Of a stretch of DNA of 64,000 nucleotides, positions 48,652 to 58,462 are shown piece after piece. Source of the stretch: Candidatus Spongiisociaceae bacterium (lineage in GTDB: Bacteria; Actinomycetota; Acidimicrobiia; Spongiisociales; Spongiisociaceae); the NCBI GenBank assembly GCA_965219685.1, contig CBDCOH010000002.1, forward strand, positions 1,760,001-1,824,000, read 5' to 3'. The notes under the pieces were generated by a model. That model was not told the origin of the DNA, made no database searches, and worked only from the letters and a program-made list of their open reading frames with translations. The translations under genes were made by a program, and so were the position numbers. The stretch's first letter is position 1. Each line of letters opens with the position of its first letter.

Positions 48652-49422
48652 TTACCTGATCTGGGACTCGTGCCATCGGAGGAACTTCGATTCGGCGAGG
48701 ACCGAGAGACCGAACATCGTGATCCCCAGTGTCGCGGATCCGACGATGGCCACGAAGAGATCCGCAGTTCGTAGTGTCGACTTCGAGATCAGAATCACGT
48801 AACCCAGGCCCTGGGTGGACGACACGAACTCAGCGACGATCGCTCCGATGACTGCTGCCGGAGCGGCGATCTTCATGCTGGAGAGAAGATACGGAAGCGC
48901 GAAGGGTAGGCGGACGCGCAGGAACACGAAGCGCTCCGTTGCGGCGAGTACCTTCATCAAGTCCAGGGCATCCCTGTCAGCAGATCGTAAGCCGATAGCC
49001 GTGCTCACGGTTATCGGAAAGAAGGAGATCAGGAACGCGACCGCCACCTTGGGCGCCAACCCGGTACCGAGCCAAAGGACCAGTACGGGTGCGATCGCAA
49101 CGATCGGAGTGACCTGGATGATCACCAGGTACGGCATCACCATGCGCTCGAGCGTACGAACGTAGGCGATCGCTGCCGCAAGAAACACGCCGAGCGCGAG
49201 ACCGATCGCGAAACCCATCAAGGCCTCGTATGCGGTTCTCCACGTATGGAAGAGGAACCGCTGCGGATGGTCCAGAAAGGCGTTCAAGATCGAGGACGGG
49301 GCAGGTAGCAGGAACTTGGAAATGTCGAGTATCTGAACGGCGGCCTCCCAGCCAACTATCACAATCCCGAAGAAGATCGGCGGAAGCCACCGCAGGAACC
49401 GGCTTCTCGTGAAGAGTCCCAT
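48652..49422 (-). CDS. NitT/TauT family ABC permease
   Basis: LLPAPS, TPIVAIAP, FFPI, LPFALP, GAIVAEF. Confidence 0.92.
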   Translation of the reverse strand: MGLFTRSRFLRWLPPIFFGIVIVGWEAAVQILDISKFLLPAPSSILNAFLDHPQRFLFHTWRTAYEALMGFAIGLALGVFLAAAIAYVRTLERMVMPYLVIIQVTPIVAIAPVLVLWLGTGLAPKVAVAFLISFFPITVSTAIGLRSADRDALDLMKVLAATERFVFLRVRLPFALPYLLSSMKIAAPAAVIGAIVAEFVSSTQGLGYVILISKSTLRTADLFVAIVGSATLGITMFGLSVLAESKFLRWHESQIR

Positions 49423-49435
49423 CAGTCGTGACCTC

Positions 49436-50302
49436 TCATGTTTCCCACGGTTCGAGCCTGCCGCCGGTCGCCGCACTCGCGGGGCTCTCGGCTTCCCGCC
49501 GAACACTGTCCCGGACGCGGTTCGTGACCTCCAGAAAGTCGATCGTCGCCCGAAGGTCCAAGGAACGGGGCCGTTCGAACGGCACGTCCACCGTGGCGGC
49601 TACCCGGCCTGGCCGGGCGGACATTACAACGACCCGATCTGCCAGAAATACGGCCTCCGTGAGCGAATGGGTCACGTAGAGAACGGCTGGCTGGGTAGCC
49701 GTCCATATGTCCTGGAGTGCGAGGTTCAGACGGTCCCGGGTGATCTCATCGACCGAAGCGAAGGGCTCGTCGAGCAGGAGGACGGATGGCGTGAGCATCA
49801 GCGAGCGCGCCATCGCGGCGCGCTGCCGCATGCCTCCCGAGCACTCGCGGGGAAGCGCATCCTCGAACCCCGTCAGGCCGACGAGCTCGATCAGTTCCTC
49901 TGGCTGCACAGGTGGATCCTTGACACCGGCAACCTGCAGAGGAAGGCGGACGTTGTCGAGGACGGTACGCCACGGGAGCAGGGCGGGCTGCTGGAACATG
50001 AACCCGACGCGGCGGCCCCGGCGCGCCTCCTCCGGAGTGACTCCACACACAGAGAGCTTGCCCCGGGTGTAGCCCGGAGCGTGGAGGTCGGCAACAGACC
50101 GGAGAAAGGTCGACTTACCGCAACCCGACGGACCGATGATGGCGACAAACTCCGCCGGCATCACGTCAAGCGTGAAAGGACCAAGGGCGTGCACCGATGC
50201 CCCGCTCACCGTCGGGTACACGCACCCGGATTCCTCAGCGGAGACCGCCGCTCCCGTGGCGAGAGAGCGGCGGTCCTTCTCGATCGAGCGTTCGGCGCTC
50301 AC
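49436..50302 (-). CDS. NitT/TauT family ABC ATP-binding protein
   Basis: GPSGCGKST, LLPWRTV, SGGMRQR, LLDEPF, VTHSLTEAVFLADR. Confidence 0.93.
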   Translation of the reverse strand: MSAERSIEKDRRSLATGAAVSAEESGCVYPTVSGASVHALGPFTLDVMPAEFVAIIGPSGCGKSTFLRSVADLHAPGYTRGKLSVCGVTPEEARRGRRVGFMFQQPALLPWRTVLDNVRLPLQVAGVKDPPVQPEELIELVGLTGFEDALPRECSGGMRQRAAMARSLMLTPSVLLLDEPFASVDEITRDRLNLALQDIWTATQPAVLYVTHSLTEAVFLADRVVVMSARPGRVAATVDVPFERPRSLDLRATIDFLEVTNRVRDSVRREAESPASAATGGRLEPWET

Positions 50303-50321
50303 CGTACCCGTCCGATTTGGA

Positions 50322-51332
50322 CTAGGGCATCACCGGGTCGTCAGGCAGGAACTCGTTCGTGTAGACCTCGCCGACATCGAACTGATCGTCGATGAAGCCG
50401 AATCCGACCAGAACGTCGAGGCTGGGCTGCCAGGTAGCGTCATCCATGAACAGCAGGCCATTCTCACGCTGCAGATCGGACACCCAGAACCCGTGCAGGG
50501 CCGGAGCTTCCACCTCGATGATCTCTCGCTCCATGTCCGGATAGGTCTCGACCATGAGATCGATGGCATCGGAAGGGTTCTGCAACGCCCACTGCATCCC
50601 ACGAGCGTAGGCACGCACGAAACCCGCGACGATGTCCGGATTCTCCGCGGCGTACGAGTCGCTCGTGATGAGCGTCTGGCCGAGGGACTCGACGGATTCG
50701 GCCATCCAGAAGGTGACTGCCGGTTCGCCGAACTCCGCCGCGGCCATTGCCGGCACCAGGGTGAGGAAGTCGGGGAAGCAATCAACCAGCCCGGTGAAGA
50801 GCACGACCGGGTCGAATCCGACCTCGACTTCTTCTACGACACCGGTCAGGTTGTTGATGTTCCGGTACGACTCCCAGATCGTGTTGTAGCTCTCGAACCC
50901 CTGGAAGCCGACCTTGACGTTCCCCAGGGTGGAGGGATCGTTCGGATCCAGGCCACGGTCGGGACGGCAGATCAGACCCACCGGGCTGTAGGGCTGTGTA
51001 ACGCCCACCGCGACGACCGGAAGGTCGGCCGCGTGGCCTAACAGGACCGACGGTCCCGGCCCCACGGTGATGTCGTGTTCACCCAACCCTACTGATTGCA
51101 CCTGGTCGAACTCACCGCCGGGCGTTATTTCGAGTTGGATCCCCTCTTCGGCGAACCATCCGAATTTTTCGGCAGCCAGGACCGGCACATCACCTGATGT
51201 CGGAAACCAGTCGAAAGAGAACCGAACCGTTTGGACCTCGGCTGGCTCTTCTTCCTCGGCGCACGAAATGCCGACAACCGTCAGCACCAACAGAACGACG
51301 ACCCATCGACCAAAATAACTCACTCGTTTCAT
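50322..51332 (-). CDS. NMT1/THI5-like ABC substrate-binding lipoprotein
   Basis: Lipobox GISC; FDWFP, GWFAEEGI, ENPDIVAGFVRA, YTNEFL. Confidence 0.9.
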   Translation of the reverse strand: MKRVSYFGRWVVVLLVLTVVGISCAEEEEPAEVQTVRFSFDWFPTSGDVPVLAAEKFGWFAEEGIQLEITPGGEFDQVQSVGLGEHDITVGPGPSVLLGHAADLPVVAVGVTQPYSPVGLICRPDRGLDPNDPSTLGNVKVGFQGFESYNTIWESYRNINNLTGVVEEVEVGFDPVVLFTGLVDCFPDFLTLVPAMAAAEFGEPAVTFWMAESVESLGQTLITSDSYAAENPDIVAGFVRAYARGMQWALQNPSDAIDLMVETYPDMEREIIEVEAPALHGFWVSDLQRENGLLFMDDATWQPSLDVLVGFGFIDDQFDVGEVYTNEFLPDDPVMP

Positions 51333-51395
51333 CTCTTCCTCCTCGTCGTTGTCCGCCTTCGTTGTTCGTACGCTGGCTCCCTCCTCGGTTGCCTT

Positions 51396-52439
51396 TTAGG
51401 TGGTGGTCGCGATCACTCCGAGTTCTCCGAGATTCTTCAACGACCTGTCGGCCGGCACGGACGTGTCTCGCCAATGCTCCATGGGCGAGTCCAGGAAGGA
51501 GTTGGCCGGATAGAGGACGACATCCCGGAACATGTCCGCAAAGCTCTCCACGCGGATTCGAAGCAAGCCGTTGGCCATCGAGTTCTCGGACCGTGCCGCA
51601 CGCAGTGCACCCGTATCGAGCACGGAGCTGACGCCCACTGTCTCGTTCGGGGAGGCGTCATAGGACACCGTGTTCCCCCTGAAGTCGACAATGCGTGAAG
51701 AGCCACCTGTGATCGGGTCGGGACTCCCGTCGTCGGAGAAGCCGATCGGGCCCGCGACGTTGGCCGACACGACATACATCATGTTGGCGGCCGCCGCCGC
51801 TACCTTCGCCGCCTCCTCGCCTTCGCTGATCGGCTCGTTGGTCGGGTGAACGAGGGTCTCGGCCCCGCGCAGCATCAACATTCTCGATGCCTCGGGCACC
51901 ATTATCTCTCCACAGGCGAGCATCGCTACGCGCCCGAGCGCCGTCTCAGCCACCGGCCACAGTCCCTCAACTCCATACCGAGCCAGGTAGTCCTCCAGAA
52001 AGTCGTGCGGTGACACCCACTGCGCGGTGTGTATGCGCCGGTAGCGGAGCACTATCTCACCCGAAGGGTCGATGAGGAAGGAGGTATTGAAGAAACGATC
52101 GCGCCACTCGAGATCGGCTTCGAATTGGTTCCCTCCTATATGCACGCCGAGCTCCTGAGCGAGCTGCTGGAGGGGTTCTGTTATCGGACCCGGGACCGGA
52201 TAGCAGGCCTTCTCGATCCACTCGGCCACAGACTCACCCTTGGGGGGCCCCTGAAAAGCGAACTCCGGCAGAACCAGAAGGGCCGGCGGAGGATCTGCGG
52301 GCATTGCCGCCCTGATCATCCGGTCTGCACAATCGAGATTCCTCCGGATGATCTCCCACGCCTCTTCTCTGGTGGATACCTTGCGAGTGATCTCGCTCGG
52401 CATCTGGATACACGTCGCCCGCCATCGGCCTGACATCAT
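51396..52439 (-). CDS. Nitrilase/carbon-nitrogen hydrolase family protein (triad E-R-C)
   Basis: VLPEF, FFNTSFLIDPSG...YRRIH, LACGEI, VSAN. Confidence 0.85.
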   Translation of the reverse strand: MMSGRWRATCIQMPSEITRKVSTREEAWEIIRRNLDCADRMIRAAMPADPPPALLVLPEFAFQGPPKGESVAEWIEKACYPVPGPITEPLQQLAQELGVHIGGNQFEADLEWRDRFFNTSFLIDPSGEIVLRYRRIHTAQWVSPHDFLEDYLARYGVEGLWPVAETALGRVAMLACGEIMVPEASRMLMLRGAETLVHPTNEPISEGEEAAKVAAAAANMMYVVSANVAGPIGFSDDGSPDPITGGSSRIVDFRGNTVSYDASPNETVGVSSVLDTGALRAARSENSMANGLLRIRVESFADMFRDVVLYPANSFLDSPMEHWRDTSVPADRSLKNLGELGVIATTT

Positions 52440-52726
52440 GGTCCTCCTGGGATAGCCAAAGATTCGATGATTTCACGGGCCTGGTGGATCCCGAACGCGA
52501 CGGGCGGGCGAGGAAGGGGCGGTTGCTCGTTTCGCGCGAGGAGCTCGAGGGTTATGACGGCTCGGCGGCGATCCAGTTGATCCAAGACTTCCGTGAGGAA
52601 GTCCGACTCCACACTGCAGCCCGAGAGTTCGAGGTAGGAGGCCCTGAACCTCCATCTACCGTCGGCGCCCTCGACGGGCTCGACCGAGAATGCGAGCGGC
52701 ACAGCGAGGTACTCCTCGGGCGTCAC
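52436..52726 (-). CDS. Small HicB-like protein
   Basis: EYLAVP...F.V.......W.RASYLELSGCSVE...P.P resembles the HicB N-terminal domain; overlaps both neighbours (GTGA/ATGA). Confidence 0.65.
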   Translation of the reverse strand: MTPEEYLAVPLAFSVEPVEGADGRWRFRASYLELSGCSVESDFLTEVLDQLDRRRAVITLELLARNEQPPLPRPPVAFGIHQAREIIESLAIPGGP

Positions 52727-54039
52727 GAGTCGATACCCCCGGCGGTGATCATGACCTCTGAAGTTCCCCCCTCCATCATCGTCCGGACTTCGCTCACCCA
52801 GTCAGCGCTCCGGGGTAGGACGACGGAAACCCCGGGAGCGTCGTAGCCAGATCCGCTGCTACCGACGACCGCGTGGCCCGACGCGGCATCGGCAGTCGCT
52901 CGCAGGAGAGCCTGGCGCGTTGCGATCACGCCGCCGTCCGTACCGACCAGAGTCTCCTTGGAACGGTCGTATGCAGGACCCATCGACCCGGTCGCCATGT
53001 CATCCTGCTCCTGGTTACCGGTAATGCCACTCCATATGGTGCCGGCTGCCTGAGCCGCCCGGTCTATCAGGTAGTCGTTGGCAAGGTTACGAACCGCCAT
53101 GTAGGTTCCCGGCTGCTTCTCCGCGTATATGCCGCCCTTGCCGGCCGCGTACTGTTGCAACTCCTCATCCGTGAGATCGCGGTCCGGGTGCCACGACAAG
53201 CCGTATACCCAACTGGTCGTCTCGTCGATCGGAACCCAGGCGTGGATCTTGCGAACCTCGGTAGTGCTCTCGGCCGGGACCACGGTGTAGCACGGCGCCA
53301 ACCAATGGTTCACGCGCCAGTAGTAGGCATCTTCGCCGAAGTTCCGCCGGGCGCCGATCATAAGCCCGTAGTCGGTCTCCACGACGTCGAAGTGGGGAGC
53401 TGTCTCCTCGAGGATGTTCTTCACCAGTGGATGATCCGGTTCCTCGAGCAGTTCCTCGCGGTGCAGGTAAGGGACATGGCCGGAGTCGATGTCCGCTTCC
53501 AGTGCCTGGAGCCAGTGACAGGGTTGGAGTCGCTTGCTCACGTATCGGCTCGTTTCGCCCACCCCGAGGTAGCCCAACTCGGGCAAGGGAGGGAGCGAGG
53601 ACGCGTCGCCCATGTATGCCCAGACAATGCCACCTGCCTCGCGTACCGGATACGACGTCTGTGCTACCTCGGGCTGGCCGACGAGCCCGGGGCTGCTCGG
53701 GTTCTCGACACAGTCACCCTGGACGTTGAACTTCCATCCGTGGTACATGCATTGCAGTCCCCGTTCGGCGTTGCGACCGAAGAAGAGCGACGAGCCGCGG
53801 TGCGGACAGAACTCGTTCAGCAGACCCACCACGCCGTCCGTGTCCCGAAAGGCCACCAGCGGTTCGGAGAGGAGCTTGGTCCTGACCGGTGGTGAGTCCG
53901 GGTACGGGATCTCCTCGCTCAGGCACGCAGGAAGCCAGTAGCTTCTCAGTACGTCGCCCATGGCGGACCCGTTTGCAACGGCTGCCAGTGTCCGATGCTC
54001 CGCCGCGTTGAAGCGGAATACTCCGTTCACTGCTTCCAT
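52723..54039 (-). CDS. Rieske non-heme iron oxygenase alpha subunit (phthalate 4,5-dioxygenase/LigX group)
   Basis: CPHR...CMYHGW; EADIDSGHVPYLH; QDDM. Confidence 0.93.
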   Translation of the reverse strand: MEAVNGVFRFNAAEHRTLAAVANGSAMGDVLRSYWLPACLSEEIPYPDSPPVRTKLLSEPLVAFRDTDGVVGLLNEFCPHRGSSLFFGRNAERGLQCMYHGWKFNVQGDCVENPSSPGLVGQPEVAQTSYPVREAGGIVWAYMGDASSLPPLPELGYLGVGETSRYVSKRLQPCHWLQALEADIDSGHVPYLHREELLEEPDHPLVKNILEETAPHFDVVETDYGLMIGARRNFGEDAYYWRVNHWLAPCYTVVPAESTTEVRKIHAWVPIDETTSWVYGLSWHPDRDLTDEELQQYAAGKGGIYAEKQPGTYMAVRNLANDYLIDRAAQAAGTIWSGITGNQEQDDMATGSMGPAYDRSKETLVGTDGGVIATRQALLRATADAASGHAVVGSSGSGYDAPGVSVVLPRSADWVSEVRTMMEGGTSEVMITAGGIDS

Positions 54040-54054
54040 TGTTTCTCCTTGTGA

Positions 54055-55470
54055 CTACCCCTTGGCCACCACTCGCTCGCCCATGTCCGTCCCGGTCCTC
54101 CCCGGCTCCGACCCGTCAGGGAGCACGGTCTTTCCCACGACATCTTCCATGACGTCGATCGCCGACACCGTCCTCGCGTAGAGAGCCGCCGGGATCGCCG
54201 TGAGATAGGGAAAGTCCGACTCGGAGGGGGGTCGCGTACCGGCTGCTTCGAGGGCACGGGCGGCTGAAATCAGAGTACGGCGAACGTGCACTATCGGCGC
54301 GTCGCTCGAAACGAGCCGCTCCTCGGTACGGTCGAGGATCGATCCCATCCCCTCGGTGACGGCACGGTCCTGGAGCCAGACACTCTCGATTCCCGAGAAC
54401 ATCTTCTCACGCTGAAGGTCGCGATCCAATCCGTAGTCGTTTTGTCGATTCAAGAGGGGATAGAACTCCGACTGTGGCTCGACAGTCTTCGGTGCATAGC
54501 CATCCGGAGCTACGTGGGCATCCTGGCCGGAAAGCTGATACTGCCGCACGCGTGGGTCGAGAGGTCCGCGGGTATCGAAATGGACCCGCCACACTATCGT
54601 GCTGTGGTCGTCTCTCGGTACCCATACATTGCACTGGGCAGCCGCATCGACATCGCTCGGCACACCCGCGTAGAACGGCATGACGAAGTGGTTGAACCGG
54701 TAGTAGAACGTACCGGGGCCGGCTTCCCGTCGCGCTCCCGAAAACAGCCCGTAAGCCGTTGGCATCACGGTGATCTCGGGCTGGGGGTCCCTATTCCAGT
54801 ACATCAGTTCGAACTCTGCCGTCAGGACGCCATCCTCCGGCTCGGGTGCAAACTCTGTCTCCCTCTTCACCAGCCGTGAGTCAAACTCGCGATAGGCCGC
54901 TACCGATCCGTGAAGAAACGAGATATGTGAGGGATCGAAGTCCCCCTCCATCGCTTGAGCATAGTTACAACCCAGTAGCTGCTTGGTGATGAGGCGATGA
55001 TCCTCGGGTACGCCCACCCAATCCAAGGGTGGTAGTCGATCGGGCAGATGTTCCTTCGGACCCATGTATACCCAAACGATCCCGTCGGCTTCGTGAACGG
55101 GATAAGAAATGTTCCTTATGCGCTGCCGGAAGTCAGAACGGCTAGGAACATTGGGCATCGCAAGACACACACCATCCACACTGAACTTCCACCCGTGGTA
55201 GATGCAGGTCAGGCCCGATTCCTCGTTTCGCCCGAAGTAGAGGGGGGCTCGGCGGTGCGGGCAAAGGGCTTCCAGTATTCCGACCCGGCCTTCGGTGTCG
55301 CGAAAGGCAACGAGATCCTCACCGAGCAGGCGGAGACGGATGGGACCTGAATCGGGTCCTGCGAGCTCTGAACTGAGGACTGCGGGAACCCAGTAACGCC
55401 TCATCAGGTTGCCCATCGGGGTTCCGGGACCAACGCGGGTCAAGACCCTGTTGCGCTCTTCGCTGAGCAT
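54055..55470 (-). CDS. Rieske non-heme iron oxygenase alpha subunit (phthalate 4,5-dioxygenase/LigX group)
   Basis: TRVGPGTPMG..RRYW, CPHR...CIYHGW; EGDFDPSHISFLH; QDRAVTEGMG. Confidence 0.94.
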   Translation of the reverse strand: MLSEERNRVLTRVGPGTPMGNLMRRYWVPAVLSSELAGPDSGPIRLRLLGEDLVAFRDTEGRVGILEALCPHRRAPLYFGRNEESGLTCIYHGWKFSVDGVCLAMPNVPSRSDFRQRIRNISYPVHEADGIVWVYMGPKEHLPDRLPPLDWVGVPEDHRLITKQLLGCNYAQAMEGDFDPSHISFLHGSVAAYREFDSRLVKRETEFAPEPEDGVLTAEFELMYWNRDPQPEITVMPTAYGLFSGARREAGPGTFYYRFNHFVMPFYAGVPSDVDAAAQCNVWVPRDDHSTIVWRVHFDTRGPLDPRVRQYQLSGQDAHVAPDGYAPKTVEPQSEFYPLLNRQNDYGLDRDLQREKMFSGIESVWLQDRAVTEGMGSILDRTEERLVSSDAPIVHVRRTLISAARALEAAGTRPPSESDFPYLTAIPAALYARTVSAIDVMEDVVGKTVLPDGSEPGRTGTDMGERVVAKG

Positions 55471-55618
55471 CGGAGGGCCCCCTCTCGTCTGCTCACATCA
55501 CACAAGTCAGTCTGCCACCGGTAAGGACCGTTCGCAACTGATCCCATTCATCACTGCCTCGACACCTCAAACCGAAGAAGGGAGGACGCCCGAACTCGAG
55601 AACGAAGCTGATCCTCCG

Positions 55619-56761
55619 TCAGAAACGATCCGGCCTGAAGGGCCGAAGGTCCATCTCCGCCGGAAGGCCCACTACGAGCCTCGCTAACACCCTGCCCATC
55701 AACGGCCCTGCGGTGAGTCCCATGTGGGGATACACCCCTACCACCAGTCCGGGAGGGCCGACGGGACCGACTATCGGACCGAGGTCGGGTGTGGCGAGAC
55801 CCTTGCCGGGCCAGGTGCGGATCAGGCGTACACCCGCCAGGGAGGGCACCACCCGCAGCGCGATCCTCATGTTGGCGACCAGGTTGGCGGGGTTGACCCG
55901 GTTCTCTCCGGTGACAGGGTCGATGTCGGACGACCACCCTCCCCCGATCAGGAGGGTTCCGGCCTTGGCCTGTTTGAAGGTCAGCTGGCCGCCTGCGAAG
56001 TACACCAGGTGGTGGACCATCGGTGCGACCGGTTCGGTGGCTCCCACCTGGGCCGGATCGTCGTGGATGGGGAGCTCCCTCCCCCAGAGCGCCGCGAACC
56101 GGTTCAGATCGTTGCCCGTGGCCAGCACGACTCGTTCGGCCGCGATCTTGCCGGAGGGCGTGGTGACGGTGAACAGCCCTTTGTGGTGGTCCAGCTCGAT
56201 CACCTCCGTGTTGGTTCTGATCTCGACTCCCCTGGACACCGCGGCCCTGGCGTAGGCGGGTGCGGCCAGCATGGAGTTGACCTTCCCCTCCACCCGGCTC
56301 AACTGGGCGCCGGCCATCGACTCGGAGACGTACGGGGCGACCCGGCGGAGGTCCGACGGCCCGAGAAGGTCCGACTCGACACCGGCGGACCGTTCGATGG
56401 CCACCTTCCGTTCTATGTCCCCCATCTGCTCGGAGGTTTCCGCGATGAGCAGGCCCCCGTTGAGGGACACCTCGAGGTCGGTATCCAATACGTCGCCGAG
56501 GTCCCTCCACATCTCCAGCGACTCGGACAGGAAGAGCAGGGAGGGAAGGAAACCGCGGGCCCACCCCTCGCCGAACTCCAGGAAGGAGGAGTGCTGGATC
56601 TGGCCGTGCAGGCTTCCGGCGTTGCGACCGGACGCCTGCGTGTTGAGATCGAACTGCTCGAGCAATACCACCCCGGCCCCGTAGCCGGCCAGATGCCAGG
56701 CCGTCGAACAGCCCGTTATGCCCCCGCCGATGACGAGGACGTCGCAACGGGCGGTTGCCAT
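55619..56761 (-). CDS. FAD-dependent oxidoreductase, DAO family (SoxB/HcnC/OoxB-like)
   Basis: IGGGITG, ASGRNAG, TPDLGPIVG, FRPDRF. Confidence 0.9.
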   Translation of the reverse strand: MATARCDVLVIGGGITGCSTAWHLAGYGAGVVLLEQFDLNTQASGRNAGSLHGQIQHSSFLEFGEGWARGFLPSLLFLSESLEMWRDLGDVLDTDLEVSLNGGLLIAETSEQMGDIERKVAIERSAGVESDLLGPSDLRRVAPYVSESMAGAQLSRVEGKVNSMLAAPAYARAAVSRGVEIRTNTEVIELDHHKGLFTVTTPSGKIAAERVVLATGNDLNRFAALWGRELPIHDDPAQVGATEPVAPMVHHLVYFAGGQLTFKQAKAGTLLIGGGWSSDIDPVTGENRVNPANLVANMRIALRVVPSLAGVRLIRTWPGKGLATPDLGPIVGPVGPPGLVVGVYPHMGLTAGPLMGRVLARLVVGLPAEMDLRPFRPDRF

Positions 56762-56764
56762 CCG

Positions 56765-57541
56765 TTACGACCGGGCTTTGAGGTCCCGCAGGACCTCGAG
56801 TTCATAATCGGTGGGAGGTTCGGTGACCGCCACATTCAAGGACACTCGGAGCGGCCATCGGGTCTGTTCCTTGACCTGCTCGACGCTGACTCCGGGATGC
56901 GTGGCGACGAGGGTCAGCTCACGGTCCTCGGGATGCGGTTCGAGCACTCCCAGGTCGGTGATGACCGTCTGGGGTCCGGCTCCGGTGAACCCGAGGTCCG
57001 ATCTCGTCTCAGGCATCTCGCCCAGGCCCACCGAGGTCAGGAAGTCGAGCTCGGGAACGAATGCCCGGGCAAGGTGGCGCATGATGACCGTGACCTCCCG
57101 GCAGTAGGAGGCGATCTCCGGAGCCCCGCCCGCACCGGGAAGCCGGACCTTGGGTCTGTGATAGTCCTTTCCGATCACGGTCGTGTTCAGGTTCCCGAAC
57201 CGGTCTATCTGGGCCGCCCCCAGGTACCCGACGTCTATGTGTCCACCCTGGAGCCAGTAGTTGAACATCTCCGGCACCGGGACCACCGCGTCGGCCGTCT
57301 CAGCCAACTCGCCGTCGCCGATGGACAGTGGAAGCTTGGTGGGCTTGCTCCCGAGCACGCCCGACTCGTAGACGAGGAACAGGTTCGGCGCATGGGTATG
57401 ACGCGCCAGGTTGGCGACCGTGCTGGGGAGGCCGATCCCCACGAAGCAGGACATCCCGTCCCGGAGGCTCCGCGATCCGACCACGGCCATGATCTCCTCG
57501 GGAGTCCAACTCCTGGCTTCGCGGTTCGCCGGGCCGCTCAC
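56765..57541 (-). CDS. CoA-transferase beta subunit (glutaconate/3-oxoadipate CoA-transferase type)
   Basis: FVGIGLP, YESG, QIDRFGNLN, RLPGAGGAPEIA, ITDLG. Confidence 0.9.
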   Translation of the reverse strand: MSGPANREARSWTPEEIMAVVGSRSLRDGMSCFVGIGLPSTVANLARHTHAPNLFLVYESGVLGSKPTKLPLSIGDGELAETADAVVPVPEMFNYWLQGGHIDVGYLGAAQIDRFGNLNTTVIGKDYHRPKVRLPGAGGAPEIASYCREVTVIMRHLARAFVPELDFLTSVGLGEMPETRSDLGFTGAGPQTVITDLGVLEPHPEDRELTLVATHPGVSVEQVKEQTRWPLRVSLNVAVTEPPTDYELEVLRDLKARS

Positions 57542-58347
57542 CGGACCCCCAGCACCGACTCGTCCAGCCACCGCAGGAAACGGTCCCGGTCCCTGCTGAT
57601 CCCGTCCCACTCCCGGTAGGCGGGATTGTCGCGCTCGTAGTAGTCCTGCACGTAGGAAGGCCGGGCCCCGCCCGGTACCTCGCAGACCGCGGTGATGGCC
57701 ATCGACGGGATGATGAGGTCGCTCGGGCGGCGGTCCAGTTGGTCCACCACCTCCTCAACAGTCACGATCGAGTACCGCGACGCCAGGATCACCTCCTTGA
57801 GCACCCCGGAGATCCCCCAGATCTGGACGTTCCCGGCCCGGTCGGCGCGCTGGGCGTGAACGATCCCGGCATCCGGGTTGATAGCCCTGACAGCCGCCAC
57901 CGTCCGGCCGGTGAACGGGCAGTCCACGAAGCTCACATAATCGGCGATCTCGGCCAGGGAAGTACCTAGGTAGCCCTTCATCACCGTGAAAGGCATCCCC
58001 GAAGCTCCGGCCACGTACCGGTTGGTGAGACCGGCATGGCTGTGCTCCTCGATTTCCAGCGGCGCCGGCCAGCCGTTCTCCACCGCGTCGCGGAACCTCC
58101 ACAGGGAACCCACGCCCGGGTTGCCACCCCAGGAGAAGAGCATCTTGCGCACACATCCGGCGCCAATCAGCCGGTCGTAGATGAGGTCGGGCGTCAACCT
58201 GACAACGGTCAGGTCCCGGCGCCGCTGACGGATGATCTCGTGGCCGGCCTCGAACGGGATGAGATGGGTGAAGCCCTCCAGGGCGACCGTGAACCCGTCC
58301 TGCACGTATCGGGAGATGGCTTCGCTGAGATCCAGGTGTTCGGCCAT
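57538..58347 (-). CDS. CoA-transferase alpha subunit (glutaconate/3-oxoadipate CoA-transferase type)
   Basis: EGFTHLIP, FSWGGNPGVGSL, EEHSH, HAQRADRAGN. Confidence 0.92.
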   Translation of the reverse strand: MAEHLDLSEAISRYVQDGFTVALEGFTHLIPFEAGHEIIRQRRRDLTVVRLTPDLIYDRLIGAGCVRKMLFSWGGNPGVGSLWRFRDAVENGWPAPLEIEEHSHAGLTNRYVAGASGMPFTVMKGYLGTSLAEIADYVSFVDCPFTGRTVAAVRAINPDAGIVHAQRADRAGNVQIWGISGVLKEVILASRYSIVTVEEVVDQLDRRPSDLIIPSMAITAVCEVPGGARPSYVQDYYERDNPAYREWDGISRDRDRFLRWLDESVLGVR

Positions 58348-58462
58348 ACCTCAGGGTCTGGTTCGGCAGCATCCGCCAACGGTCGCGGAGACCGGGCGGG
58401 TGGCGGTCATGTTAGGCGCGGCGGGGTGCAAGCCGAGCCCGCACTTGGGTAGCGACTGGTGC

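Noticed and set aside
52436-52726. HicAB toxin-antitoxin module
   Set aside because: No room or ORF for hicA; the gene is embedded in a catabolic operon
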